A stretch of 64,000 nucleotides of DNA from Gammaproteobacteria bacterium (GTDB lineage Bacteria > Pseudomonadota > Gammaproteobacteria > Eutrophobiales > Eutrophobiaceae). Position 1 is the stretch's first letter. Every line of letters begins with the position of its first letter. Of this stretch, positions 39,077 to 49,944 are shown piece after piece. The position numbers and the translations under genes were made by a program. The notes below the pieces were generated by a model. It made no database searches and was not told the origin of the DNA. It saw only the letters and a list, made by a program, of their open reading frames with translations. The stretch is taken from positions 1,184,001-1,248,000 of the forward strand of contig CBDCDS010000003.1 of the NCBI GenBank assembly GCA_965215365.1, written 5' to 3'.

Positions 39077-39735
39077 TAGCCCTGACCCTGAAGCATGGGT
39101 ACGAAACTGACCATATCCAGGTTTTTTTCCTTAAAGCCGCTATCCGTGCGGGTTACAGACAACAATTGCTGGGCGCCGCTGCGACCGATGGGGATGATCA
39201 GGCGCCCTCCTGTTGCCAGTTGCTCCAGCAGCGCCTCCGGGATGCTGGGGGGCGCGGCCGATACCAGGATACCCTGAAACGGCGCGTGTTCAGGCCAACC
39301 CTTGTTGCCGTCTCCGTGGCGCGCCTTGATATTACGGTAGCGCAGGTTATGAAACCGTTCCCGCGCGCCTGACAGCAGGGCATTGATCCGTTCAATGCTA
39401 TACACCTGGCACGCCAGTTGCGCCAGGATGGCAGTCTGGTAGCCGCAGCCAGTGCCAACTTCCAGTACCTTGTCTATATGTTTGCTTGCCGTCAGCGCCT
39501 CGGTCATACGCGCCACCACATAGGGTTGTGAAATAGTCTGGTTGTGACCTATGGGCAGGGAGGTATTATCGTAGGCGCGGCTGGCCAGCGCTTCGTCAAC
39601 GAAGATATGCCGGGGCGTGTTGCCAATGGCCGCCAGCACCGTTTCCGATGTTATGCCCATCTCCCGCAGCTGGTCTGTCAGGCGGTCCCGGGAACGCTGA
39701 GAGGTCATGCCGATGCCCTGAAAACTTCCTGACAT
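39076..39735 (-). CDS. pcm: Protein-L-isoaspartate O-methyltransferase
   Basis: GIGMTSQR, QTISQPY, VLEVGTGCGYQ. Confidence 0.96.
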   Translation of the reverse strand: MSGSFQGIGMTSQRSRDRLTDQLREMGITSETVLAAIGNTPRHIFVDEALASRAYDNTSLPIGHNQTISQPYVVARMTEALTASKHIDKVLEVGTGCGYQTAILAQLACQVYSIERINALLSGARERFHNLRYRNIKARHGDGNKGWPEHAPFQGILVSAAPPSIPEALLEQLATGGRLIIPIGRSGAQQLLSVTRTDSGFKEKNLDMVSFVPMLQGQG

Positions 39736-39795
39736 GGTCAGCCTGTACTCAGGTCGATCCGGGCACTGTTTCCGGTTACATCCGACATAGCGAAA

Positions 39796-40551
39796 CTAAG
39801 CGGCGCCGGCCAGCCAGTCCCTGACTCCTGGCAAGGCATCATGGCGGGTCAGGTCCACTTGCAGCGGGGTAATGGAAACCTTGTTGGCGGCGATGGCGTA
39901 AAAATCCGTGCCGGGTCCCGCATCGGCGCCGGCGCCGGCCGGTCCCACCCGGTAAACGGTACGGTTGTCGGAGTCTGTCGTGCACAACATCGGTTCTGAC
40001 TTGTGGCGCTGACCAAGGCGGGTCACGACCATGCCGGCAAGTTCTGCAAGCGGCACATCCGGGATATTGACATTTAACAGCAGGTCATTATCGAGCGGGT
40101 CTGCGAGCAGCTTGCCGACCAGGCGGGTAATGACTGCCGCCGCAGTTTCATAGTGGGTCGGGTTCTCTCCTGCCAGCGACAGGGCGATGGCCGGTCGTCC
40201 CAAAAAGCGCCCTTCCATGGCCGCCGCCACCGTGCCCGAGTAGATCACATCATCACCCAAGTTGGCGCCATGGTTGACGCCGCTGAGCACCATATCCGGC
40301 ATGTCGTCCGCGGCCAGCAAACCTGTTATCGCCAGGTGTACACAGTCAGTGGGGGTGCCGTTGATATGGAAAAACCGCTCGGCGACCTGCTCTGTGTACA
40401 ACGGCGCATCCAGGGTCAGTGAGTTGCTGGCACCGCTCCGATTCCGATCCGGTGCCACCACGGTAATCTCACCGAACGCCTGCAGCTCCCGTCTCAATAC
40501 GTCCAGGCCGACAGCCTGATAGCCGTCGTCGTTGCTTAACAGAAAGTGCAT
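39796..40551 (-). CDS. surE: 5'/3'-nucleotidase SurE
   Basis: LLSNDDG, SGASNSLT, NGTPTDCV, YSGTVAAA. Confidence 0.97.
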   Translation of the reverse strand: MHFLLSNDDGYQAVGLDVLRRELQAFGEITVVAPDRNRSGASNSLTLDAPLYTEQVAERFFHINGTPTDCVHLAITGLLAADDMPDMVLSGVNHGANLGDDVIYSGTVAAAMEGRFLGRPAIALSLAGENPTHYETAAAVITRLVGKLLADPLDNDLLLNVNIPDVPLAELAGMVVTRLGQRHKSEPMLCTTDSDNRTVYRVGPAGAGADAGPGTDFYAIAANKVSITPLQVDLTRHDALPGVRDWLAGAA

Positions 40552-40554
40552 GTC

Positions 40555-41460
40555 TCAGCCCTGGTCGAACAGAAACTCCAGCAGCGCTTTCTGCGCATGC
40601 AGGCGGTTGCCGGCCTCTTCCCAGACGACGCTGCGACTGCCATCAATGACTTCGGCGCTAACTTCGGCGCCGCGATAAGCGGGCAGGCAGTGCATGAAAA
40701 TCGCGTCCGGCGCGGCCTGGGCCATGAGCTGTTCGTTGACCTGGAACGGCCTGAACAAATCCTGTTTATCCTGCTCGTCTGCTTCCTGCTTCATGCTGTG
40801 CCAGGTATCAGTCACGATCAGGTCGGCCGCGGCCGCGGCCGCCAGCGGGTCTTCGCCCAGGCTCAGGTTGGCGCCGCCTTGCGCCACCATGGCGGCACTG
40901 GGGTGGCAGGCGGCAGGGCCGGCTACATGCAAGTGGAAGTCCATAATACGGGCGGCGTTAATCCAGGAGTTGCACATATTGTTGCCGTCGCCGAACCAGG
41001 CCACTTTTTTGCCTTGGATGGGACCTTTCAGCTCATAATACGTCTGCAGGTCTGCCAGCAACTGGCAGGGATGAAAGCTGTCCGACAAGCCGTTGATCAC
41101 CGGCACCGAGGAATATTCGGCAAAGCGGGTAATGCGTTCCTGGGCGAAGGTGCGTATCATCACGGCATCGACCATTTTCGATAATACCCTGGCAGTGTCC
41201 TCTATGGGTTCGCCGCGTCCCAACTGGCTGTCCCGGGGCGACAGGAACACGCTGTGTCCACCTAAGTGCGCCATTGCGGTTTCAAATGAAACCCGGGTAC
41301 GGGTGGAGGATTTTTCAAAGATCAGCGCCAGCACGCGGCCGGCGCAGGTCTGGCGCATCTGCCGCTGTTGAAAGGCCTGTTTGAGGTGACTGGCGCGCGC
41401 GATCAGCGTCTCGATTTCAGCCGCGCTGAGGTCCGCTAAGGTCAGGAAGTGGCGCGGCAT
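40555..41460 (-). CDS. argF: Ornithine carbamoyltransferase
   Basis: SSTRTRVSF, HPCQLLAD, FMHCLPA. Confidence 0.96.
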   Translation of the reverse strand: MPRHFLTLADLSAAEIETLIARASHLKQAFQQRQMRQTCAGRVLALIFEKSSTRTRVSFETAMAHLGGHSVFLSPRDSQLGRGEPIEDTARVLSKMVDAVMIRTFAQERITRFAEYSSVPVINGLSDSFHPCQLLADLQTYYELKGPIQGKKVAWFGDGNNMCNSWINAARIMDFHLHVAGPAACHPSAAMVAQGGANLSLGEDPLAAAAAADLIVTDTWHSMKQEADEQDKQDLFRPFQVNEQLMAQAAPDAIFMHCLPAYRGAEVSAEVIDGSRSVVWEEAGNRLHAQKALLEFLFDQG

Positions 41461-41461
41461 C

Positions 41462-42637
41462 TCAGTGGCAGAATTCCCTGACCAGCAGGCACACCGTAGC
41501 GACGATCTGAGCTGCCTCCTGCTCGGTGATGACCAGTGGCGGCAGCAGCCGCACGACCTTGCCGGCGGTCACGTTGAGCAACAGGCTCCGTTGCAGGGCC
41601 TGCTCCACCAGCGCGCCACAGTCGCGCTCCAGCTCAATCCCGATCATCAGCCCCTTGCCGCGGATGGCAACGACCCCGTCGAGCGCGCCCAGTTGCTCCC
41701 GGAAGCGCGCCAACATGGCCGCGCCGCAGGTGGCCGCGCGCTCGACCAGCTGTTGCTCACGCAGAGTCCTGATGACCGCCAGCGCCGCGGCCGCGGCGAG
41801 CGGATTGCCGCCGAAAGTGGAGCCGTGGCTGCCGGGTTGCAACAGGTCCGCGGCCGCGCCAGCGGCCAGACAGGCACCGACCGGCACGCCGTTGCCCAGA
41901 GATTTTGCCAGGGTGACCACGTCCGGCAGGATCGCCTCATGCTGGTAGGCGCACCAGGCACCGGTGCGCCCCATGCCCGTCTGTACTTCATCCAGCACCA
42001 ACAACCAGTCATTGCGCCGGCACAGTTCACGCAACGCACGCAAGTAACCGGGGGCGGGAACGTTGATGCCTCCCTCTCCCTGTATGGCCTCCAGCATGAC
42101 TGCGACGACCCGCGTACGCACGGTCTCGGGCAGCTGCAGGGCACTCAGGTCGTTATAGGGTACATGCAGGAAACCGGGCAACAGCGGCTCGAAGCCGGCA
42201 CGCACTTGTGCGTTGCCGGTGGCACTCAGCGTCGCCATGGTGCGGCCATGAAAACTGCCGGTCATGGTGATAATGAGTGGTTCTGCCACGTGCTTGTGGC
42301 GGGCAAATTTTCGGCAGATCTTGAGCGCGGCCTCGTTGGCTTCAGCACCGGAATTGCAGAAGAACACCCGCTCCATCCCGGTCACGTCGGCCAGCTGCTC
42401 GGCCAGTTCCTGCTGTAGCGGAATGCGATAAAGGTTGGACGTATGTATTAACCGTCCGGCCTGTTCGGCAACCGCCTTGGCCACCTCCGGGTGGGCGTGA
42501 CCCAAACCGCACACGGCGATGCCGCTCAGGGCGTCTAGGTAGCGGTTCCCCGCGTGATCCGTGAGCCAGGCACCCTGACCGTTCTCGAATGCCACGTCCA
42601 GGCGCTGGTAGGTTGCCATGATTGCTCTAGCCCGCAT
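41462..42637 (-). CDS. argD: Acetylornithine aminotransferase
   Basis: NSGAEANEAA, SFHGRT, DEVQTGMGRTG, LAKSLG, HGSTFGGNP; most upstream ATG lies in a MITE end (alternative ATG 42619). Confidence 0.93.
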   Translation of the reverse strand: MRARAIMATYQRLDVAFENGQGAWLTDHAGNRYLDALSGIAVCGLGHAHPEVAKAVAEQAGRLIHTSNLYRIPLQQELAEQLADVTGMERVFFCNSGAEANEAALKICRKFARHKHVAEPLIITMTGSFHGRTMATLSATGNAQVRAGFEPLLPGFLHVPYNDLSALQLPETVRTRVVAVMLEAIQGEGGINVPAPGYLRALRELCRRNDWLLVLDEVQTGMGRTGAWCAYQHEAILPDVVTLAKSLGNGVPVGACLAAGAAADLLQPGSHGSTFGGNPLAAAAALAVIRTLREQQLVERAATCGAAMLARFREQLGALDGVVAIRGKGLMIGIELERDCGALVEQALQRSLLLNVTAGKVVRLLPPLVITEQEAAQIVATVCLLVREFCH

Positions 42638-42672
42638 ATCTCACCCAGTCGCTTGTTGCCTTATGAAACATG
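42630..42672 (+). mobile_element. Family-A MITE left-end remnant
   Basis: TA-GCCCGCATATCTCACCCAGTCGCTTGTTGCCTTATGAAACAT. Confidence 0.85.
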
Positions 42673-42753
42673 TCTGCGCGGAACGGCCGCAGGCAATACG
42701 CCCGGCAGCGCCTGACCGTTCCCCGTCGGCAGCTACTTGTAGTGTGCTCAGCG

Positions 42754-43341
42754 TCAGAAAGGTAATCCGTGACCCTGTCCGACCATACACATCAGCATGG
42801 GAATGGAGAGCAAGGTGTTGGTACGCGAGGCCATGGTGGCCACTACCTTGGCCTTGGCCTTGTCCTCGTCGGAGGCGGCGACCATACCGAGGACTTTCTT
42901 CTGGTTTGGCCAGATCAACACCCACACGTTAAACAGCATGATGGTGCCCAGCCAGGCGCCCACGCCGATAATCATGGCGCCGTTTTCGAGCATGAAGGCA
43001 TTGCCAAGGCCTATCCCCATGATTTCCAGAGTGGCGGCGCCGGTGAGCCAGGTCAGCAGTGCCGCCCAGCGGAACCACAGCAACGCCAACGGGGCGACGT
43101 ACTTGCCGATGGCGGCTGGCCCCGGGCCGTCACTGTCGGCCGCTGCGGTAGCCATGGCCGGTATCTGCACAAAATTAAAGTAGTACAACAGCCCGATCCA
43201 GATTACCCCGAAAAAGACATGCAGCCAGACCATCAGCGACCACATGTTAAGGCCGCTGGCGCCAATCAGCCGGATGACCACCGCGGCGGTGACAAAGCCC
43301 AGGATCAAGGTGCCTGTTATCGTTTTAAGCGGATTCATCAT
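42754..43341 (-). CDS. Membrane protein of the urate hydroxylase PuuD N-terminal (DUF989) type
   Basis: WLHV..GVIWIGLLYYFNFVQ, LWFRWAA..TWLTG, GTIMLFNVW..IWPNQKK, SRTNT.LSIPML. Confidence 0.75.
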   Translation of the reverse strand: MMNPLKTITGTLILGFVTAAVVIRLIGASGLNMWSLMVWLHVFFGVIWIGLLYYFNFVQIPAMATAAADSDGPGPAAIGKYVAPLALLWFRWAALLTWLTGAATLEIMGIGLGNAFMLENGAMIIGVGAWLGTIMLFNVWVLIWPNQKKVLGMVAASDEDKAKAKVVATMASRTNTLLSIPMLMCMVGQGHGLPF

Positions 43342-43480
43342 TACCCTCCAGAGTAAGGTGTTATAAAAAATTGCGGTGCAAGGGTGATTATACTACTTGT
43401 TTCCGGTTTTTCATTTGCAAGTTTTGAGTTTCCGGTTTTTGGTTGTAGAATGGCGGGAAACCGCAAACTGAAGACCAATT

Positions 43481-43819
43481 ATGACTGACATTGTTCAAGA
43501 GTTGAAAGACATTATCTCCGCCAACCCGGTGCTCCTGTTCATGAAAGGAACACCCGATTTTCCTCAGTGCGGATTCTCCATGCGTACCGTGCAGGCACTC
43601 AAGGCGTGCGAGGCCGAGTTTGCTTATGTGGACGTGCTGGCCAAACCGGAAGTGCGCCAGAACCTCCCCAAAGTATCGAACTGGCCGACATTCCCCCAGG
43701 TCTTTGTCAACGGCGAGCTGATTGGCGGCTGCGACATCGTGTTGGAGATGCACCAGTCAGGGGAGTTGCAGACTGCGCTGGACCGGGCCGGCGCCGACGC
43801 CGACGCTACTGCTTCCTGA
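43481..43819 (+). CDS. grxD: Monothiol glutaredoxin Grx4
   Basis: FMKGTPDFPQCGFS, WPTFPQ, IGGCDI. Confidence 0.96.
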   Translation: MTDIVQELKDIISANPVLLFMKGTPDFPQCGFSMRTVQALKACEAEFAYVDVLAKPEVRQNLPKVSNWPTFPQVFVNGELIGGCDIVLEMHQSGELQTALDRAGADADATAS

Positions 43820-44486
43820 CCAATTGTTCCATCATGCGCTGGTGTGCGGCCAGTTCTTGCGCGTCCGGTTGCAGCACTTGCAGTGGCGTCTGGCGTCGGG
43901 TCGCGCGCGGTTGCGGCAGGCTGGTTCCCGGGTGCCGTTCCTGCTCCTCGTCCAGCAGCAGGTCGGACTGGCCGCCGGTCATGGCCAGATAGACTCCCAG
44001 TAACAGTTCCGCGTCCAGCAGCGCGCCGTGCAGGTCGCGGTTGGAATTGTCGATCTGGTAGCGTTGACACAAGGCATCCAGACTGTTTCTCTGGCCCGGG
44101 TGCAGTTCCCGCGCCAGCACCAGAGTGTCAAGGATGCGGCAGTAATCCTCCAGCTTGCCCCATTGCGCGCCCAGGCGCGCCAGTTCAGCGTTGATGAACG
44201 CCACATCGAAGGGCGCGTTGTGGATGATCAGTTCACCGTCGCGGATGAACTCTAGGAACGGGTTTGCGATGTCTTCAAAAACAGGCTCTCCTGCCAGTTG
44301 CTGGTTGGTAATCCCATGAATCTCGATGGCCTCACCGGTTATCTCGCGCTCGGGGTTTATATAGTAGTGCAAGTGACGCTCGGTGCGGCGCCGGTCCTTG
44401 ACTTCGAGGCAGCCGATTTCAATAATCCGGTGCCCCTGGCCCGGCTCCAGCCCCGTGGTTTCGGTATCCAGGATAATCTGACGCAT
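43806..44486 (-). CDS. dnaQ: DNA polymerase III epsilon subunit
   Basis: MRQIILDTETTG, IHNAPFD, NSLDALC, LHGALLDA. Confidence 0.96.
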   Translation of the reverse strand: MRQIILDTETTGLEPGQGHRIIEIGCLEVKDRRRTERHLHYYINPEREITGEAIEIHGITNQQLAGEPVFEDIANPFLEFIRDGELIIHNAPFDVAFINAELARLGAQWGKLEDYCRILDTLVLARELHPGQRNSLDALCQRYQIDNSNRDLHGALLDAELLLGVYLAMTGGQSDLLLDEEQERHPGTSLPQPRATRRQTPLQVLQPDAQELAAHQRMMEQLVRKQ

Positions 44487-44503
44487 TGCTGACCGTGCGG
44501 AGT

Positions 44504-44956
44504 CTAATCCTGCCCCTGTGTTTGCAGTCGTTCCATGGCACGGGTGGCCAGTGCGTCGGCGCGTTCGTTTTCCGTATGACCGCTGTGGCCCTTCACCCAG
44601 CGCCATTCGATTTCATGGCCCTGCGCCAGTTCGTCTAGGCGTTGCCACAAGTCCTGATTCTTGACCGGGCGTTTGGCTGCGGTGCGCCAACCACGCTGCT
44701 TCCAGTTCTCCAGCCATTGCAGGATACCATTGCGCACGTAGTTGGAATCGGTGGTCAGACGTACCCGGCAGGGCTCCTTCAGTGCTTCCAAGGCCTTGAT
44801 CGCGGCGGTCAGTTCCATGCGGTTGTTGGTAGTCTGCGGCACCGCGCCGGATAACTCTTTTTCGGTATCCCGGTAGCGCAACAACGCGCCCCACCCACCC
44901 GGTCCGGGGTTGCCGCGACAACCGCCGTCGGTGAAGATTTCAATGAATTTATTCAT
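44504..44956 (-). CDS. rnhA: Ribonuclease HI
   Basis: [38 protein letters not shown]. Confidence 0.98.
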   Translation of the reverse strand: MNKFIEIFTDGGCRGNPGPGGWGALLRYRDTEKELSGAVPQTTNNRMELTAAIKALEALKEPCRVRLTTDSNYVRNGILQWLENWKQRGWRTAAKRPVKNQDLWQRLDELAQGHEIEWRWVKGHSGHTENERADALATRAMERLQTQGQD

Positions 44957-45722
44957 GCTGCGCCGCCATGGTGGCCGTGCCCGCCGGGGCCCCCGACCAT
45001 AACAGTTTTTTATGCCATTTCAATTTTGCCGGCGATACCGGCGCCCGGCGTTTCTGCGCGACCATGATCCAGGCGGCACCGCAAAATGGCCGGCGCCATG
45101 CCCCCTGGCACTCCAGGCATAACAGGCGCCGCCAGCGCGGCCGGCCCTGGCAGGGTAGCCGAAACCGAAAATATTCGGTGGCAACCACTTCAAAACCTAG
45201 CACGGCCAGACGGCGCCTGAGGACGCCGGCGCTGTGGAAACGGCCATCCCAGGGCGGCCGTTTGCGCGCCGGCGGATACAGGCGCAGCAAACCCCAGAGG
45301 CTCCAGGGGTTGAAGCCGGCGATAATGAGCCGACCATCCTCGATCAGGATGCGCTCAACCTCCGCCAGGACTGCGTCGGGTTGTGCGGCATATTCCAGCA
45401 CATGCGGTAGCACCACAACATCGATACTGTGCAGGGCGAACGGCAGGGCTGCCGCCGAGCCCAGCGCGGCGCAACGGCTGTCGTGCATGCCGTCGGCGTC
45501 CAGGCGCAACTCGAATTTGCTCCTGATGCGTCGGGCCGAATCCAGCATCCCGTCGCTATGGGAGCCGACCTGTAGCGCGTAATACCCGAACAACCCGGGC
45601 AGCACCCGTGCCAACCTTTCCCGTTCGCAACCGGCAAGCCCGGCCCCGCCGGCGTCTCTGAGCCAGGCGGAAAATCCGGCGCGGGAAGGAGTATCAGCTG
45701 ATGTGAGAGATGTGTTTTCCAT
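44949..45722 (-). CDS. YafS-like class I SAM-dependent methyltransferase
   Basis: [30 protein letters not shown]; conserved position next to rnhA. Confidence 0.85.
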   Translation of the reverse strand: MENTSLTSADTPSRAGFSAWLRDAGGAGLAGCERERLARVLPGLFGYYALQVGSHSDGMLDSARRIRSKFELRLDADGMHDSRCAALGSAAALPFALHSIDVVVLPHVLEYAAQPDAVLAEVERILIEDGRLIIAGFNPWSLWGLLRLYPPARKRPPWDGRFHSAGVLRRRLAVLGFEVVATEYFRFRLPCQGRPRWRRLLCLECQGAWRRPFCGAAWIMVAQKRRAPVSPAKLKWHKKLLWSGAPAGTATMAAQHE

Positions 45723-45842
45723 GAATACGGCACGCTGTGAACAGCAGGAATCTTAACCCAGACCACAACATGATCAACCGGAATTCGCACTATTTTTTGA
45801 AAAAAACTTGACAGCCTCTCATTACACCCCTAGCATTCATCA

Positions 45843-47471
45843 ATGCGCTGTCCGAGACTGCCCCTGTTTGCCATTCCCCTCGCGCTCCTGTCAGGCGCGT
45901 GCGGCCAGCTACCCCCGAAGGAAACCGCAGAGAACCTGCCAGAAGTTATTACTGCCGAAGCGCTTGCGCAACAGGTTGAATACATTGTGCCGGAGCCGGA
46001 ACTGCTGCCGGAAGAGGCCGTAGAGGAAGTCGTGCCGGTGGAAGGCGAACCTCCTGACCCGGTTGCGCAACACGGCGATCTGTGGCAACGGCTCGGGGCC
46101 AACCTGAACCTGCCTCGACATCTGCAGCACAAGTCGGTGAAGGGCCGGCTGGCCTGGTATGCCAAAAATCAGGCCTACCTGGACCGGGTGGTGGAGCGCA
46201 GCCGCCCTTACCTGTACCATGTCGTCACCGCAGTGGAAAAACGCGGGATGCCGCTGGAACTGGCCTTGTTGCCGGTCGTGGAGAGCGCGTTCCACCCCTT
46301 TGCCTACTCACGCAGCCATGCCTCGGGTATCTGGCAGTTCATTCCCAGCACCGGCAGGATCTTCAGGCTGAAACAGAATTGGTGGTACGACGGTCGCCGG
46401 GACATCGTCGAAGCTACCCGCGGCGCGCTGGACTACCTGGAGAAACTGAGTGGTGATTTCGATGGCGACTGGCTGCTGGCCCTGGCTGCCTACAATACCG
46501 GTGAGCGCAATGTGGAGCGGGCGGTGCGGCGCAATAAAAAAGCCGGCAAGGCGACGGACTTCTTCTCCCTGCGTCTGCCTCGGGAAACCCGGGGGTATGT
46601 GCCCAGTCTGCTGGCTGTAGCGGAACTGGTAGCCAACCCGGAACAATATGGCATCGCCTGGAAGCCGGTGACCGACCAGCAGTATTTTGCCCAGGTGGAT
46701 GTGGGTGGGCAGCTCGATCTCGCCGTCGCTGCGGACCTGGCCGGGCTGAGCATGGATGAGTTTTATACGCTGAATCCGGGTTTCAATCGCTGGGCCACCG
46801 ACCCGGACGGGCCGCACCGGTTACTGGTGCCGGTTGCCAGGGAAGAATCGTTCCGGCAGCAGCTTGCGGCCCTGTCGCCGGAACAACGGCTGAGCTGGAC
46901 TTCCCACCAGGTCAATAAAGGCGAGACTCTGGGCGGCATTGCGGCGCGCTACCGCACTTCCGTGGCGGCGCTGAAATCCGTGAACGAACTGCGCGGCAAC
47001 ACCATCCATCAGGGCGATATCCTGCGCGTGGCGGCGCCTCGGGAAGCACTGAAACACTACACGCTCAGTGTGGACGGGCGGCGCTTGCGCGGGCTCAAGG
47101 ACAGCGGCGATGGCAACAAGTATATTTACACGGTAAAACGCGGCGATACACTCTGGGACATTGGCAAGCATTATGGCGTGAGCGTGAAACAACTGACAGG
47201 ATGGAATGGTATTTCCGCGCGCAAATACCTGCGTCCGGGGCAGAAACTGACCCTGTGGTTTGCTGAAGACGACAAGCAGGCGCCAACGGCAGGCGGCCAA
47301 CCGGCCAGTGACCCGTTCCACTACACCGTAAAAAAAGGCGATTCCCTGTGGTCGATAGCGAAAAAATTCAACGTCACGATTAAACAACTACTGGCCTGGA
47401 ACAACCTGCGCAAAAACAAGTACCTGTATCCCAACCAGAAAATAACGGTTTACCAGAGCGGTTCTTCCTGA
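45843..47471 (+). CDS. mltD: Membrane-bound lytic murein transglycosylase D
   Basis: Lipobox, LPVVESAF, GIWQFIPSTG, LAAYN.GE, ETRGYVP, three LysM domains. Confidence 0.94.
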   Translation: MRCPRLPLFAIPLALLSGACGQLPPKETAENLPEVITAEALAQQVEYIVPEPELLPEEAVEEVVPVEGEPPDPVAQHGDLWQRLGANLNLPRHLQHKSVKGRLAWYAKNQAYLDRVVERSRPYLYHVVTAVEKRGMPLELALLPVVESAFHPFAYSRSHASGIWQFIPSTGRIFRLKQNWWYDGRRDIVEATRGALDYLEKLSGDFDGDWLLALAAYNTGERNVERAVRRNKKAGKATDFFSLRLPRETRGYVPSLLAVAELVANPEQYGIAWKPVTDQQYFAQVDVGGQLDLAVAADLAGLSMDEFYTLNPGFNRWATDPDGPHRLLVPVAREESFRQQLAALSPEQRLSWTSHQVNKGETLGGIAARYRTSVAALKSVNELRGNTIHQGDILRVAAPREALKHYTLSVDGRRLRGLKDSGDGNKYIYTVKRGDTLWDIGKHYGVSVKQLTGWNGISARKYLRPGQKLTLWFAEDDKQAPTAGGQPASDPFHYTVKKGDSLWSIAKKFNVTIKQLLAWNNLRKNKYLYPNQKITVYQSGSS

Positions 47472-47513
47472 TATTCCCGCAACTTGATCCTGACATGTCC
47501 GGAACCAGATAAT

Positions 47514-47665
47514 GGTAACCTCTAAAAATACCCTCCGTGGTATCTTTAGAGACGGAAACGAAAAAGTATGATTTTTCGTTCCCTTCATTTTCAAGCACTT
47601 ACGTGCTTGCAGTTACTGGCAGCACATCCCTGTGCTGCACGGGCGCCTCGTGTAATAGAGGCACC
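47514..47665. mobile_element. Family-B MITE (basic form, reverse orientation)
   Basis: Reverse complement matches the 9234-9603 backbone without the C units. Confidence 0.85.
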
Positions 47666-47694
47666 CTAATATCAGTCGTCAGGGGCGTTTTGGC

Positions 47695-49845
47695 ATGAGT
47701 GGTTTGTTAAAATTCTTCCTGCGCGGCCTGTTGCGCTTGTTGTACCGGGTCGAAGTGACCGGTGTGGAACACTATCGACAGGCTGGCAAGCGGGTGTTGA
47801 TCATCGCCAACCATGTCTCATTGCTGGACGGCATGTTGTTGTATGCCTGGTTACCCGATGATTTGCGCTTTGCCATCAACACCCAGGTGGCTGCGCGGGC
47901 GCGCTTCAAACCGTTTCTCCGCTTTGCCGATCTGTACACCTTGGACCCCACCAATCCATTGTCGGTCAAGTCCATGGTGCATTTCCTGCGCCAGGACCGC
48001 AAAGCGGTGATTTTCCCCGAAGGCCGCATTACCAGCACCGGCGGCCTGATGAAGATCTACGAAGGGCCGGGCTTGATCGCCGATCGCGCCGGGGCAACGG
48101 TGCTGCCCGTTGCCATCGACGGGCCGCAGTACACGCGCTTCGGCTACCTGGGAGAACGCAAAATGTTTCCCCGGATCAGCCTCAAAATTCTGGCGCCGGA
48201 GCAACTGGCGCTGGACCCGTCGTTGCGTGGACATGCACGGCGCAAGGCCGCGGCCGCGCAGCTGCAGGACCTGATGACCCGCTTGTCGTTTGCCTGTTAC
48301 GACTATGACAACACTGTATTCGACGCCATCCTGCGGGCCGCGGCGCGCTTCGGGCCGCGGCGCGTGGCGCTGGAAGACCTCAAGCGCGAGCCACTGAACT
48401 ACCGGCAGTTGCTCATGCGCGCGTTCATCTTGGGGGGTGTACTGCGCCGCGCTACACAAGCCGGGGAACGTGTCGGCGTGCTGATGCCAAACGTGGCCGG
48501 CGGGGTGGTGGTGTATCTGTCTCTGGTCTTCCTGGAACGGGTTCCCGCCATGCTGAACTATACCACCGGCCTGCAAGTGCTGCTGCAAGCCTGTGACACC
48601 GCGTCGATCAGGACGGTTTATACCTCCCGGCAATTCGTGCAAAGTGCCGGCCTTGAGGCCTTGGCAACAGGTCTGGCGCAACGCGTTAATCTGGTCTATC
48701 TGGAAGACCTGCGCACGCGCATCGGAGTCACCGACAAACTGTTCGGACTGCTGCGCAGCTACTTCCCGCGCCTCGGCTACCGCCCGACGGCAAGGCCGGA
48801 AGACCCCGCCTCCATCCTGTTTACCTCCGGTTCGGAAGGCGCGCCCAAAGGCGTGGTGTTATCGCACCGCAACCTGCTGGCCAACTTTGCCCAGGCGCGT
48901 GCCTGCATCAGCTTCAAACCCGGCGATGTTTTTTTCAGTTGCCTGCCGTTGTTTCACTCGTTCGGACTGAACATTGGCTGTGTGCTGCCGCTGCTGGGCG
49001 GCTGCCGCATCTTCCTTTATACCACACCGTTGCATTACCGCATTATTCCCGAACTGCTGTACCAGACCGACGCATCGGTGCTGTTTGCCACCAATACCTT
49101 CCTCAAGGGGTATGCCCGCCACGCCCATCGCTATGATTTCAGGTCCCTGAAATACGTGCTGGCCGGGGCGGAAAAGTTGCAGGATGATACCCGGCGACTG
49201 TGGCTGGAGAAGTTCGGCATTCGCATCCTTGAGGGTTATGGTGCCACGGAATGCAGTCCGGTAGTCTCGGTGAACACGCCTATCGACAACAAACCCGGCA
49301 GCGTGGGCAAGCTGCTGCCGGGAATGCGAGCCTATCTGGCGCCGATGCCGGGTATTGAAACGGGCGGCAGACTGGTGGTCAGCGGGCCGAACGTGATGTC
49401 CGGTTACCTGCTGCACGGCACGGACGGCAGCATCGAGGCGCCGCGTACCGAGCGCGGGGAGGGCTGGTATGATACCGGCGATATTGCCGCCATTGACACC
49501 GAGGGTTACATCAAACTGCTGGGCCGGGCGAAGCGCTTTGCCAAGATCGGCGGCGAGATGATCTCCCTGACCGCGGTGGAAGAACTGGCCGCGCAGACCT
49601 GGCCAGAGCGCAATCACGCAGCGCTGGCGTTACCCGATGCGCGCAAGGGCGAGAAGATTATCCTGATTTCCGAGCACGAGCAGGCAACCCGCAAGGCATT
49701 CCAGGAAAAAGCGCAGCAACTGGGTTATGGCGAACTGTACATTCCCAGAGAAGTGTTGCACCGGCCCGAGCTACCGGTGTTGGGCACGGGTAAAACGGAC
49801 TATGTGACGCTGCAAGCACAGCTGGCAGAGCCACCGGACGCCTGA
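47695..49845 (+). CDS. aas: Bifunctional 2-acyl-GPE acyltransferase / acyl-ACP synthetase
   Basis: NHVSLLD, FPEGR, FTSGSEGAPKGV, EGYGATE, WYDTGD, GTGKTDY. Confidence 0.92.
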   Translation: MSGLLKFFLRGLLRLLYRVEVTGVEHYRQAGKRVLIIANHVSLLDGMLLYAWLPDDLRFAINTQVAARARFKPFLRFADLYTLDPTNPLSVKSMVHFLRQDRKAVIFPEGRITSTGGLMKIYEGPGLIADRAGATVLPVAIDGPQYTRFGYLGERKMFPRISLKILAPEQLALDPSLRGHARRKAAAAQLQDLMTRLSFACYDYDNTVFDAILRAAARFGPRRVALEDLKREPLNYRQLLMRAFILGGVLRRATQAGERVGVLMPNVAGGVVVYLSLVFLERVPAMLNYTTGLQVLLQACDTASIRTVYTSRQFVQSAGLEALATGLAQRVNLVYLEDLRTRIGVTDKLFGLLRSYFPRLGYRPTARPEDPASILFTSGSEGAPKGVVLSHRNLLANFAQARACISFKPGDVFFSCLPLFHSFGLNIGCVLPLLGGCRIFLYTTPLHYRIIPELLYQTDASVLFATNTFLKGYARHAHRYDFRSLKYVLAGAEKLQDDTRRLWLEKFGIRILEGYGATECSPVVSVNTPIDNKPGSVGKLLPGMRAYLAPMPGIETGGRLVVSGPNVMSGYLLHGTDGSIEAPRTERGEGWYDTGDIAAIDTEGYIKLLGRAKRFAKIGGEMISLTAVEELAAQTWPERNHAALALPDARKGEKIILISEHEQATRKAFQEKAQQLGYGELYIPREVLHRPELPVLGTGKTDYVTLQAQLAEPPDA

Positions 49846-49925
49846 CGGGAGCCATTGACAGAGGGCAGGTTTTGCCTCATACCGGCACTCATGGACTGAA
49901 GGGACGCTCACATCTTTATTACATT

Positions 49926-49944
49926 TGGTGAGATATGCGGGTTA
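49926..49944 (+). mobile_element. Solo family-A MITE terminal repeat
   Basis: TGGTGAGATATGCGGGT-TA. Confidence 0.7.
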
